Assembly: GCA_030704615.1 (NCBI GenBank)
Contig: CM060731.1
Location: 4,092,001-4,156,000, forward strand
DNA length: 64,000 nucleotides
DNA from: Takakia lepidozioides
Lineage: Eukaryota > Plantae > Bryophyta
Direction of reading: 5' to 3'
Shown here: piece after piece, positions 1 through 29,450 of the stretch
How the letters are laid out: each line of letters begins with the position of its first letter
Position numbering within the stretch: position 1 is the first letter of the stretch
Program-made: the position numbers and the translations under genes
The notes under the pieces: generated by a model
What the model was told of the DNA's origin: nothing
The model's database searches: none
Seen by the model: only the letters and a program-made list of their open reading frames with translations

Positions 1-18106
<18,106 letters not shown>

Positions 18107-19052
18107 GACACTGTAACTTAATTACCCTTCACCCTTTCCCTTCTGTTCCTTCTCATTGCTCTAACCATTTTTCATCTCTTTGAAAGTTTGATTCATTGAA
18201 AGGATAAAACATTTTTATTGTCAAGGCACACTCCTAATGCTGGTCAGCTACAAGCCAAAACGCTTGCAGTCAGTATGAGTACAGATGATTTGAGAGACTG
18301 AAAAAAGCATTTTTTTCGGCCTAGGATTTGTGATTTTGGTGTTCTCGGAACAATTGTCATAAACACTAATAGAAGAACTAAAATGCTTTAACCTACATCT
18401 GAAAACAGTCATTTGTCTTTTGTTGCATAAAGCTATTATAACCTCTACAATAGGGAAGGGTGCCCAAAAGTGCTTCGACTATTTTGAGATTGGTCAAAAA
18501 AAATCCATGACTTGCAGATGGAATGGAGTGGAGCGATGTAGTGAACACATCTGTTACTGCACAGAAAACCAATGTACATGCATTTGTCCCAGAGCCTTTC
18601 ATGTGTCCGTCTGCAACCTTATAAAATTTCCTGATGTAAATCCCATACAAAATCCATGATAAGATCCGTATTGGGTCATCTACCTTAAAGCAGTTTACAA
18701 CTACAGATTCTCGTCTCTTTTAACTTACACCATAACTTAGACCATAACTCACACAATATAGAGTACATCTTTTTCAGAGTGTTTGATTTGCCATCGCCCC
18801 AGGGTTGAAGGTTGGTAGGCTGTGATGATAATAAAGAGTCACACCACCTCTAAGAAGCTTCAGTAAAATGGCCCTGAGTAGGTAAACCAAACTTCATTCC
18901 ATTTGAGCTTACATTCCATCTGACCTTCTACAATAGTCACTTGAAGTCTTCAACGTGTGTAAATTCTTTCCGTGCTAATCCTCCCAGCTTCTCTTACAGC
19001 CATTGGTCAAATAAGGTTCTACTACTCCACCAAACATCTGTATTTTTCCGTC

Positions 19053-19104
19053 CAAACTGGGTACGGGGTCTATGGCCATGAGGCTGCGGCACTCCCGCGT
19101 ACCA
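19053..19104 (+). mobile_element. Diverged 3'-end motif of the same or a related LINE family
   Basis: CAAACTGGGTACGGGGTCTATGGCCATGAGGCTGCGGCA matches the LINE 3' end CAAACTGGGCGCGGGGTCAATGGCCACAAGGCTACGGCA at 33 of 39 positions. It is followed by GCGTACCA, comparable to GAGTACAA. Confidence 0.75.
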
Positions 19105-19272
19105 TTCCTTCAAACAGTGTCCAAACTGTACTTACTCCAACCTGTACTTACATTCAGTGGGCACTCACGCGCTAAGTAATTCAGGAGCTCCACAGAAAAG
19201 TTTATCCTCACATCCACTAGAATTGCAAGGGTAAGACCCACACAACCCTGTTTTAAGCTATGGAGAAAATCC

Positions 19273-19299
19273 AACAGAACAGAACAGAACAGAACAGAA
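19273..19299. repeat. (AACAG)5 microsatellite
   Basis: aacagaacagaacagaacagaacagaa read directly. Confidence 0.9.
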
Positions 19300-19761
19300 A
19301 GGATGTAATGAAATTACAGAAACCAAGTATGATCTATGACAGTGGAATAAGATCGAAGAAAACCCAAAGATGAGAATCAAGGATGTATCTTTGCAAGCAT
19401 ATGAAGTTCACATTGTAGACACCACACGATATATAACAGAGATTGCCCGCACACAGGAAGCTTGGACCTCAAATACAGCACATTATTTTCACAGGGTTGT
19501 CAACAATATGAAAGACAACATGGTGACAAGAGCATGGGAGAACACAGATCTGTCCCCGGAAAAATCTCAATGTAGAAATCAAGTGCAAACTGCCTGACAA
19601 TGCCAACACCACTGGTGAGACCATGATTTCTAAGATACATAATTTGCTTCAATAAAGTAAGACCGGTTGAACCTGGTCAAAAAAGGAAAGGGCAGGAAAA
19701 TATTCCAGTGAAGGTCGCTTCTTGTGCTGTTGCTGAGACTCAACCACAAATACATTCCCCT

Positions 19762-21133
19762 TCATTCCTTGATAACTCTCTTGTTCGGCTCAAACACATA
19801 CTTGATCAAAGACTCTTTGATGGACAGCATCTCAGGAAATTCCTTCTTCAATTTGCTTGCATCCAATTCATTGTTGCTGCGGGGTGCCACAATCACCTTG
19901 GCCTGCTCCTCAAGAGTAAAATTCTTCCATTTGAAGCCTGCATTCACATAGTCCCTGTACATCTCCAAAATCTCGTTGTGGCTCACAACCCCAGGATTTG
20001 TAAAGTTCCAAATGCCTCGCAAATTCCGCTTGGCCATTTCAATGGAAATTGGTAGAAGCTCATCCAATATCGTCATGGAATTGGGGATGTTCACTACTTT
20101 CTCATAGCGTGAGATCTTGGTGATGAAGTTGCGGGGATTGGTAAGATCGCCAGTAATAGGCATGCGCACCCGAAGAGTGCACACGTTGTCGAACTCTTTC
20201 AGTAGTTCCTCAACCTGCCATCAATAAACAGAAAACAACCCTGAAGCCCATCAGCCTTCGTCTGAGTTGGTTTCCAACCAGAAATTTCCCCGAGGGTTAC
20301 TAGTATCTCTTCATCGACCAATGATAGCAGTCTGCAAATGACAGTAACTCCGCATCCAGTGCTTCCGTAGGCATATCTATCCCAGAGACACCCTATCCTT
20401 CCCAGAAAGATCAATCTTACTGAAGATGCACGGAATGCATGGGACCACCATAGAAAAGCATTGGGGCCGCATGTGCGGAGACCTTTAGTCTGAGCAAGAA
20501 AACACTCGACGTCTATTTGAAGCCGAGGTCTATTTGAAGTAGAGCAGATTAAAAATCGAACAGCTTTCCACTCAAACTACTGTTTACCACCATAAAAACC
20601 GTATCTTGCCAGGATATGTTCCGGGAATTGAAATACCAGGAAGCTTTCAGCTTAGATCTTCAAAAAAAAATCGGAGCAAAACTCACCATTGCCTTGGTCT
20701 TCGAGTAAAAAGAACCAATAAAGTTTGGCGTGTCCTCCTCCTTGAAACCAATGCCGGTCCCTAGCGGGTGGGTTTCGTCATATTCGAAAATGCAACCAGT
20801 CGCGTAATTGACCAACAGAAGGTCATTCTGTCTGCATATGTCCGCCAGAGTAAGCGTGCCAACAACGTTGGCGCGAATAGTCTCCACCTTGTGGCTCTCA
20901 CACCAATCTACATTTGGCCGTCCTGTCACCCCGGCCGCATTGAACACATGCGTTGGCTTGACACGCGCAATGTCAGCCTCAATCTGTGCGCGATTCTCTA
21001 GCCTGCCTGCCCCATACTCATAGCTTATTGCCTGCTGTGAGCAAATTTTGCCTAAAAGGCCTCCGATCCACCCCGTGCGTCCGTAGATCAAGAATTTGTA
21101 TTCCGAGTGCCCTCCATTCAGAGTCGCAACCAT
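19762..21133 (-). CDS. NRS/ER: Bifunctional UDP/dTDP-4-keto-6-deoxy-glucose 3,5-epimerase/4-reductase (rhamnose synthesis), 2 exons, ~299 aa
   Basis: Exons 21133-20687 and 20214-19762 flank a GT-AG intron and join in frame. Motifs KFLIYGRTGWIGG, HVFNAAGVTGRPNVDWCE, SFYSKTKAM, LRVRMPI, GIWNFTNPG and APRSNNELDASKLK are typical of UER1/NRS-ER and the RHM C-terminal domain. Confidence 0.96.
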
Positions 21134-23564
21134 CTTGCTTGAAAGCTGCGAAAGATGTTCTACCATTCAGTACTAGAGCCGGCCCGAGACACCACCGCCT
21201 GATCGCAGATCTCCTACAGATCACGGTGCTCTGTCCCTCCCTTAGATCTGATCCGTCAGCTCTCAACCACACCCCCCGCTACCTTGCTGTACAATGTGAA
21301 GGTCACACACCTTTTTTCAGCTCTACTTCAATCTCACAGCACCAGAAACACCGCTCCAACAGACCAACTCAAACCCGATGAGAGTCGACAAAGTTGATCT
21401 CCCTCCACAGGTCTACCGACGAGAGCTCCCCGTCTAAGGAAAAAAAATCACTCTCGTCGCAACGCGCAGAGATGATATGAATGCTCGCAGAGTGAGCACC
21501 GCCCTAACGCAGTCAGAAAAGCGCAGCGACAGTGCAGCTATGGGGCCCGCGCTCTCGGGAGCCCAAGGGTCCTAGCCTGCCTCCTTCGTTGCATTATTGG
21601 ATGAAAAGCGTCTGCCCCTCTTCATCCTCCACATGGCCTCCCTGCAATTATGCCTTCCGACGTCGGAAGTTAAATAATATGTACCCACACGTGGCTGACT
21701 CAGCGCACTAGATTTTAATAACAACTCTAGCTTTATTAGAATTATTTGAAGGGAAAACAATTAAAACCCTTGGGTGCCCGAAGCCTGCCATAATGCACAG
21801 CCAACTCTATTTTTCCAAAATATTGTATGATAAATTAGCGGAAAACAAATTAGGGAAATATTTGGATTTTGACGGCAGTGTTTATCTTTTACCTTTTTTA
21901 AAGGGCAACACCGTCACAAACTTACCCTGAGTTTTTTAATATATACCGTCCTTTATTAACCATTTAGGCAGTAATTAATTCAAATTGAAAGTGCCTAACG
22001 CGTTTTGGGAATTTTTCAAATTTTGGCCTAATTGCTCGCAAACTATGGGACCAAAGTGCCCAATCCCTGAAGATTCCAGCAAAAAACTTTCAAGCCTCTT
22101 CCAGTGTTTTTAAATCTGGCGAGTAATCACCGGATATCGACCTGGAAAATGGTTCGGCTACTTTTATAAAGGAATTATTGGAGTAAAAATCAAAAAAATT
22201 GCCAGAAAGCACCAATGGTTAATTATCAGGAGCCAGAATTTTCCTACGTGGGTCTGTTACAATGTGACACCTGTTATATAGCCACTTTTCTAGCCCTGCC
22301 ACCTCGTTATCAGCTCGCCACATGGGCAAGGGGTAGAATTTACTTGTAGCCTTTGTGGCGATTTTGGAAATTTGAAAAAAAAAACACTGGCCTCTTCTCA
22401 TGTTGTCTGTAATAAGATGAAAATTTCATTGAACAAAAATCAATACAAACATGTGTGCGAAAATATCTTCCTACAAATCCCAATCTATTTAGGAGAGCTT
22501 CCAAAGGCCCCTGCACAGACGCCACATGTCATCATACTCATCCTCATCGCTAATCATCATGATCTCTCCATCTACCTCCATCACATTGAGATTAGGGATA
22601 TCCTCATTTTCAATGTGCAGATTTGCAAGATATCTACACATAGTTTCCTCTACACTAAGGTCAAGATAGATATCAGGTACTCCCGAGTGACTTTAGTGAC
22701 ACCCAGAAGCTGAAGGTACAAAAACCTAATGGAGTCCCGACTCATGAGGCGGGGCCGACTGGGTGCAAGCTTGGAGGAGAATCGAGCTGGGCCTATTGGC
22801 AGGGGGACAAGGGCCCGCCCATTGTTGGGTATGCGGCTGCTAGGTATCTCATAGTGGGGCATCAAAAGCTCTGGTGGAGCCAGTGCAGGGGATGGAATTT
22901 GAAGTGGAGTTCTTCAAGAACGTAGAATGGCTCTACCAAAGCCAATGAGTCTCTACAAAGTTTATAGTATCGGACCTCTGATCTCGTGCAATGTATGAGA
23001 GAAGAAAAGAAAGTGCTACCCTGTCTCTACTTCTGCGATACACACATGGCAGATCTAGGTATGGATTGTCTAAATCCGCAGGGTTCGAGAACCGGGTTGG
23101 ATCGCAATTTCATTTGCTCTTCCGTAGCTCCATCTAGTCTTTAAAAAGAAGCTATGATTGTCCACAAATTTAGAGCTCACAATGCGTGAACCAAAAGTAG
23201 CCCGCATACTAGAATCCGATCGACACAGATAGAACAAGTATCTAAAATACAACCATATCAGTAGGTATCATAGTCTTTATTGAATCTGTTCCATCATTAT
23301 AAAGGGGAAATGTTGTGCACGTTTATAAACATCCTTTCTCTTCCATGACGTGGTGTGAGCTTTGTATATTGTCACATGGGCTCACAACGTAACCTTGTTA
23401 AAATCAATTTTTTCTCTTTTCATGTGCCTAATTCAAAAAACGTATAGCATGAATATGCCTAATGTGAAGGGTTTGAGAAAGCAGCCTGTTTGTATCTTCT
23501 CCTGAGGTAGTTACATGGCTCATTGGACAAGGGAAGTAGGCAGAATTACATATACCCGCCCAAC

Positions 23565-23640
23565 AAGGTAGCAGGATTTGAACCCAGATACACCCGGGTG
23601 GCACTCAGTGCTCTACCCAACTGAGCTATTGACCGGTGAT
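23565..23640 (-). mobile_element. tRNA-derived sequence (SINE head or tRNA pseudogene, Gly-GCC-like loop)
   Basis: The minus strand carries Pol III A box TAGCTCAGTTGG and B box GGTTCAAATCC at tRNA spacing. The acceptor and anticodon stems do not pair well, so it is not a functional tRNA. Confidence 0.7.
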
Positions 23641-24503
23641 GTGATTTGTTTTCTTTCAAGGTTGATATTACTATTGGAGAGTTTGATTATTATTACTCAT
23701 TCTATATTGAGATACTATTATATTGAGAGTCGAGACCACAAATGATGACAAATACCATGAATTGCCAACCAGCACCTCCAAATGCCGATCAGGAGCCCAA
23801 CTTCTTGCAGAAGCCCTCTCATGCACCACCGTGCTGGGCCATATTCGAGGTTATTTTTTCCTCATTTTTTAATATATTTCCGCCCTTCCATCAGCCTCTG
23901 CTCAAAACAAAAAAAAAAAAAAACACTATGTAGTTCTTTTACCACATTGGGGAAGAGGCTCTTATTTACCCTGACTTCAGTCGTATATATATACTACCGC
24001 ATTGAACATGTCATAGGTGTATTTATAGTTATCACTGTATAGTATATTTAATAGTATTATTATGTCATTACGTCATTACCTTTTATTCAATTTAAAAAAA
24101 GAAAAATGGCAAGGACTACACTTATCCGACGAGTTTAAGGCAAGCGTGTGAGGTGGTGGGGCCCGCAGGCCTGAGCTCAGGGAAGCTCCGGCATCCTACC
24201 TGTCAAATCTCTTCCCCCACTATGAAGGTGGGGAGCACTCCACACCTCCCGCTCCCCCCTCACGCTCCCCATTTTTTTCTTTAAAGCTACTTTACTATCC
24301 ATGCAGTCTTCCTTGTCAATAAGAGTGTTTGCAAAGCGGGGTCTGAATTGGGACTGTCTTCATTCTATTGTATTGCTTGTAATTGGACAGGAAGCAATGT
24401 TTTTGCATCCATGGCATATTGTTTTGCAGTGCATACCTTTTTTCTTTCACTGTTATTCATTGTAATGTGTTGTATGCTAATGTGGGGTCCTTCCTGGCGC
24501 CAG

Positions 24504-24787
24504 TTTGTGGTGGCAGCACGTTGGACCTCCCCATGACATTGAATTTGTTTGCCATACGCCCTGGTTTCACTCCCGACCACGCAGGAGGGTACGAAGAATG
24601 TGTGGCTCTTCTTGACTACAACAAATACAAGGTTGCTCTCAATGATTATGAAGTGAAGGACGTTGCAGCTCTGGCTCCATTGGACGCTCAAAGACGTGAG
24701 TATGTCGAGGCTGGGGTTGTTTCTATCATTTGTGGACTCACCGACATGGTAAAGATGTTATTTCCCGAAAATAGGTACTCCATTTAG
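24504..24787 (+). other. Orphan exon-like ORF of unknown origin
   Basis: A CAG acceptor is followed by an open frame with protein-like composition (LNLFAIRPGFTPDHAGGYEECVALLDYNKYKVALNDYEVKDVAALAPLD...). I found no partner exon and recognise no family. Confidence 0.3.
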
Positions 24788-25627
24788 TGTGGCATCCTGG
24801 AGCTAGTCTGTCAAAATCAAAACATTTTGTGTGCATAGATATTAAAGTCTGGACAATCCTGATACAAAGTATCCCATTCTTGGGGTCGAAAATTCCATAT
24901 ACACTAGAGTTATCCATTAAGTAGAGGGGATGGAAGGTGAGTTAGCCCAGTTTGGCCCAAAAAAGACAAAAAGGGCAAAAGAGAGGTTGAAGCATAAATG
25001 TCAAAAGAGCATGCAAGCAAAGTACAAGGAAAAAAAAAAAAAAAGGACCAAACTCCAAATAGCATCCGATATGAGCGTAAAACACGTTTAATCCTTTGGG
25101 TACGTGACGCGGCATAGAACAACGTGGGCAGGGAGGCTGGGGCTGGGGCATGCTCACTTGAGGCTAACACTTAACGTGGGCTTATTGTTGTAGGCTCGCG
25201 TCCCTAGTTTTCCTCTTTTGGTACTGCGTTTTCTCGACTTAGCGGATACGCGGAAAATGCCCACAGGAGGCATTGTGGTGATGTGTGGGGGCTTAACGGA
25301 TAACTTTACTATCCAAGGGAGGATTGGTAGGCGTGAGCAGGAAAAAAATGTTGCGTGAGCAAGATCCACGGTTACAAGGGTCACGTGTGATATATGTGCG
25401 TCCTTGTGTGTTAATAGGGTCTAAATGGTGTCTAGATATTATTTTAAACATACAGAAAGAGCTTGTTAAAGGGAGAAACCTTAAAAAACAAAATTAAAAC
25501 AAAAAACCCTAATTTTGTCGACGAAATCCAAGCTTCATTGGCAAAAACCCAAGATGCGTTTGCATTTCGCTGACGAAATCCATTTTTTGGGTGGTTCTTG
25601 GGGATGTTCTACACACAACATTTCACC

Positions 25628-25722
25628 AAATGTCACATTGTTTATGTTCTCTGACCTTTGAGTATCTAAATATATCTAAATGATACTAAATGTCACATTG
25701 TTTACATTCATTGACTTTTGAG
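25628..25722. repeat. Imperfect ~60-bp tandem duplication
   Basis: AAATGTCACATTGTTTA...TGAC(C/T)TTTGAG occurs at ~25628 and ~25688. Confidence 0.75.
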
Positions 25723-26555
25723 CTCTGGCAGATATATTTATGGGTCTTTGTGCTCACCCTGCGTTAAGCTTTGCATGATTAATTTCATAGGAATTTTTGA
25801 GTGAGCATGGTTTTCAAATAGTTTCGTATTTTTTCTGCGTGAGCACATTTTGGTTTCGCTATCACATATTCTCCTGATTCTTGGGGAATATGCAGCATAT
25901 GCCTCTGTGCTCGCTGGAGCCTGCTCACACGCTACCCAGATACCCATGAGAATAATAAGTCTGTTTTATGGAATATTCGTTAGGGCCAATGTAGATTGTG
26001 TGTATGAGTATGTGATAAAATATTGTGGGAGTTATGTTTGATTTTTGCAGCCTTTGAATCGGTGGATTGAAGGCACTGAGGAAGAAAGGTGGTGGGATGT
26101 GCAGCATTATCGAAGCTGTGTGCGCCAGTGCGTGTGTGTGTGTGTGCGCGAGGCATTGGGCGACTAGTGTGCAGCCTCTCGCAGGCGGACACCGCAAAGC
26201 GTGGAAGTGCGTGAAGCGACCGCTGGCACGCTAGCGTCTCAACGATGGCAGCAGCGATGGCAGACTGTTGACGCGCCCCTCCTCACCTCAAATACTGTGA
26301 CTGCACACCCGGGAATCCGTATGTTCGAAGTTTCTCAACCTCAGCCTATAATCCTGCCGCTTTGATTGTGAGCAGAGTCTTGTTGCATTGCCGCATTGCG
26401 AGATCACTGTGCAGGAGTTGGTACTGGGTTTTCCTCACTGAAGTGGGAGCTGCCTAGCTCACTCACCTTGGTTGATCTTCGGTGTTGTTTTTATCTGTTG
26501 TTCATTTCCCTTTTCACTGCCACAAATCAGCTTGTGTGTGTAGTGATCTGCCACC

Positions 26556-27610
26556 ATGCCTCTCTTCCACCATCCTGAAGCGCCGGAGTTCGCTGCAGAC
26601 TCTGATTATGCTGAGGATTACCCACCAGAAGGCGCACTGGTGCGAGACGACTATGACCAACCCCCAGTAGCGTTCTCAGACCCGTCAGATGGCCTCTACG
26701 GTGAGAACCAGGTGGAGTATGGTCGGGAAGGAGCCCGTGAACCTGGGTATGGCCGCGAAGAATTGCCTGGTGAACGTGGTTATGGTCGGGAAGGAGCCCG
26801 TGAACCTGGGTATGGCCGCGAAGAATTTCCTGATGAACGTGGTTATGGTCGGGAGCCTGGATACGGCTATGGCCCACCGCCATCAGTCTACAATAGTGCG
26901 CCAGTGGAAACCTCTGATCTTGCGGGGGGGGTCTATGACTCTCGAATTGGCGCAGGACCTGAGTACGAAGTACGGCATGGCCCTCCTGGCAGGATGCCTG
27001 CTCAGGCGTATGGAGCTGGAATCGGATACTCTGGGGTGAGATTCTCCATCTCTCTACATGTAGCATATTTTCCCAGGTGTCCACTGTCTTTGCTTGCTGT
27101 TCTATCTCAATTTTCCTGTAGTGTAATCAGAAGATTATAAAGTTTGGTAATTTTTGTTCAGTGATGAGAAGAGGTTCATCGAGAACAATGTTAGAATTCC
27201 CAGATCTACAATGTACTTGATTGATCCCTCTTATTGTGTGTTGTGATCCTTCTGTATGTCGTTTATGCCAGTCTCTACGGACTCGACACAAACTACAAAC
27301 CTGGTACTAGTGCAGCCGACATCTTCAGTTTCTGTTCAAAGGAGAAATTTCGTTTGACTTCGTACCTTGCGAGATTCTCTCCCGTGTCTGCTTCCAGTTT
27401 AAATGAACGTGTGGTGTGGGCTGGTTGGCGATGCAGGAGTTGGACAAGGAGCGGAAGCACAAGCGGGAGGCAGAGACTGTAGCAGCTGCCGCCGCTGCTT
27501 ATGGTCTATATGAGCGTCATGAGAAGAAAGAGGCAGAGAAGTTGGTTCAAGAAGCTGGTCTCGCACCTGAGAGTAACAACCATCACCACCACCTTTTCGG
27601 TCGACACTGA
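26556..27610 (+). CDS. ASR (ABA/WDS-induced)-like hydrophilin, 2 exons, ~217 aa
   Basis: Exon 1 is 26556-27035 (GT donor) and exon 2 is 27437-27610 (CAG acceptor), joined in phase 0. The C-terminus ERKHKREAETVAAAAAAYGLYERHEKKEAEK...HHHHLFG matches the ABA_WDS signature. TATA-like TATAAT at ~26347. Confidence 0.85.
26718..26870 (+). repeat. In-frame 60-nt tandem repeat in ASR exon 1
   Basis: YGREGAREPGYGREE(L/F)P(G/D)ERG occurs twice, followed by a partial third copy YGREPGYG. Confidence 0.9.
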
Positions 27611-29450
27611 TGAGCAGACGGTGCGGAAGCGAGTTAGGCAGACTTTTCAGACAGAATTAAGGGTCCCAAGGGTCCCAAATTCTGGCAGGGGCTATTTCTG
27701 AATGTCACAAAAAAGGAGGATTGGTGCACACAGTGGGGAGGCAGGGCACCTGTGTTGGAATGGGTGAATTGTGAACCCACATGTACAGGTTCCATAGCTT
27801 CCATAGCTTTACAGAAGCATGAGGGGGAGGTTCCCTTCTAGGAGGCTCCACCACCGCCTTGAGACAGTATATAAAGAGGGTAAGGGTTACATTTTACAGG
27901 GTTTCTTGTTTCTTCCTCACTGTGGTGTGCTCTGCTGTCCCCTTAGAAAATGTAAATGTGGATCATAAACCCTCTTCAATGAGGGGTATAGGCATTGGCA
28001 GCCTCTACAATGAATGATAGAAGTGGATGATCATGATAGCCCAGAAAACGATAAGGTGGGTGCATCTTGGAGACATTCTAATGCAAAATGACCTACACCA
28101 ACAGCTGTTCCAAGAGTGCACCTTTCAGTGTTGGAGTTAGACATCTGATACATGATCATCCGCAAAAGCTTAAAAACTATTTCATAAAATCTTGATTAGA
28201 ATGTTAAACAAAATGTGCACCACATAAAAAACTCCTCTGAGGTGTCTAGACCATCTTACTGGACTTGCTGAAGGAAAACAGGATGATAGAATGCATCAGA
28301 TTGGTCCAGCTAGACTAGAAACTGCAAGCAACAGCCAACATGTCACATTAGTTGCAGATTGGAAGCAGTTAGAATGAACTCTGCACGAAAGAAAAAGAGT
28401 CCAATAAGAACCTCAGTCCAAATACCTTCTCTTCACACCTGCAAGGGACACCTCCTCCTTGACAACAGAGAAAATATATCTACACCAACACCAACAACTA
28501 AGCACATAAAACGGCTGCGAAAGTCCAATGTTATCGACCAAAATATGAAGTTTTCAGTTCCAACCATTCATTTCCTGCAAAACATGTCCCAAGATGGAAA
28601 TATATCTCCTACAACATACACCTGCTACTGCACCATGTGTAACAGATTGCTATTACTGGGTAATATTTCATCACTAGGGGGTAACCATTCATGTAATCAT
28701 CACAACCTCACACCCTTGACATTGGGAGCACTGTCATCTCTTTTCACATTCATCATATGAGATACAATACAGAGCAGATACGCAATACAGGGCAGATATG
28801 GCAGTAACTGCGCAGAACAGGTATCTACCAGTCGCTTCACTGGATTAGTCTCATCTTGGTCTTAGGCTGCACATTGTTTATTGATTGAAGAATGACAAAA
28901 CAGTGTGAGAACAGACCTCCAGGACCATCTGCTGCGGTCATTCACTCCTTCAAAAGTAAGAACGGTATAATAGAAACAAACTTAACCTGATTGGCCTCAC
29001 AAAAATTTCGCTAGTAATAGCTTGCACATCCTCGCAGTTTCTTGGTCAATTATTACTGCCAAAAATGGCTCCCTACAGCCTCAAGATTGCACTCCCCAAC
29101 TCTAGAAGAACACAGAATAGTACTCTTGCCCTTCGACACGATGCACTACTTCCTTCCTGACAATCCCCTATGCGGAGATAAAAACCTTTGAAATTCTAGA
29201 GTAAATTGAGAGAATGGGGAAGCGAACATGGGCCACACAACCTTCATACATTTCACCTAAAGCTTTGTGAGACACGGAGTGGTTGCCGATCACTGCAGAT
29301 CCCGTTCTCCCCCGTTGTTTCCGCTTCAATGGCAGACAGAAGATGCCTTGGGCATCTGAAAATGACAAGTTCAACCCCCAAGAGAGGACGAGCCTCCATT
29401 TGATAGAACTCTTTTGAGTTCCACAGGGTCTGGCGTAACATCTTTCCCCC

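Noticed and set aside
22650-22950. Possible Harbinger/PIF transposase remnant
   Set aside because: Only a vague WQG-like word; no DDE motifs could be recovered in any frame.
23565-23640. Functional tRNA-Gly gene
   Set aside because: The acceptor and anticodon stems do not pair; only the A and B boxes are retained.
24870-24908. Helitron 3' end (hairpin + CTAG)
   Set aside because: The hairpin is only ~4 bp and CTAG is followed by A, not T.
29253-29441. Duplicated U2AF65 terminal exon (LVIFR...TGE resembling LVIPR...TGE)
   Set aside because: No nucleotide-level alignment. It is better explained as an acceptor plus 3' sequence, reported separately as an alternative C-terminus.
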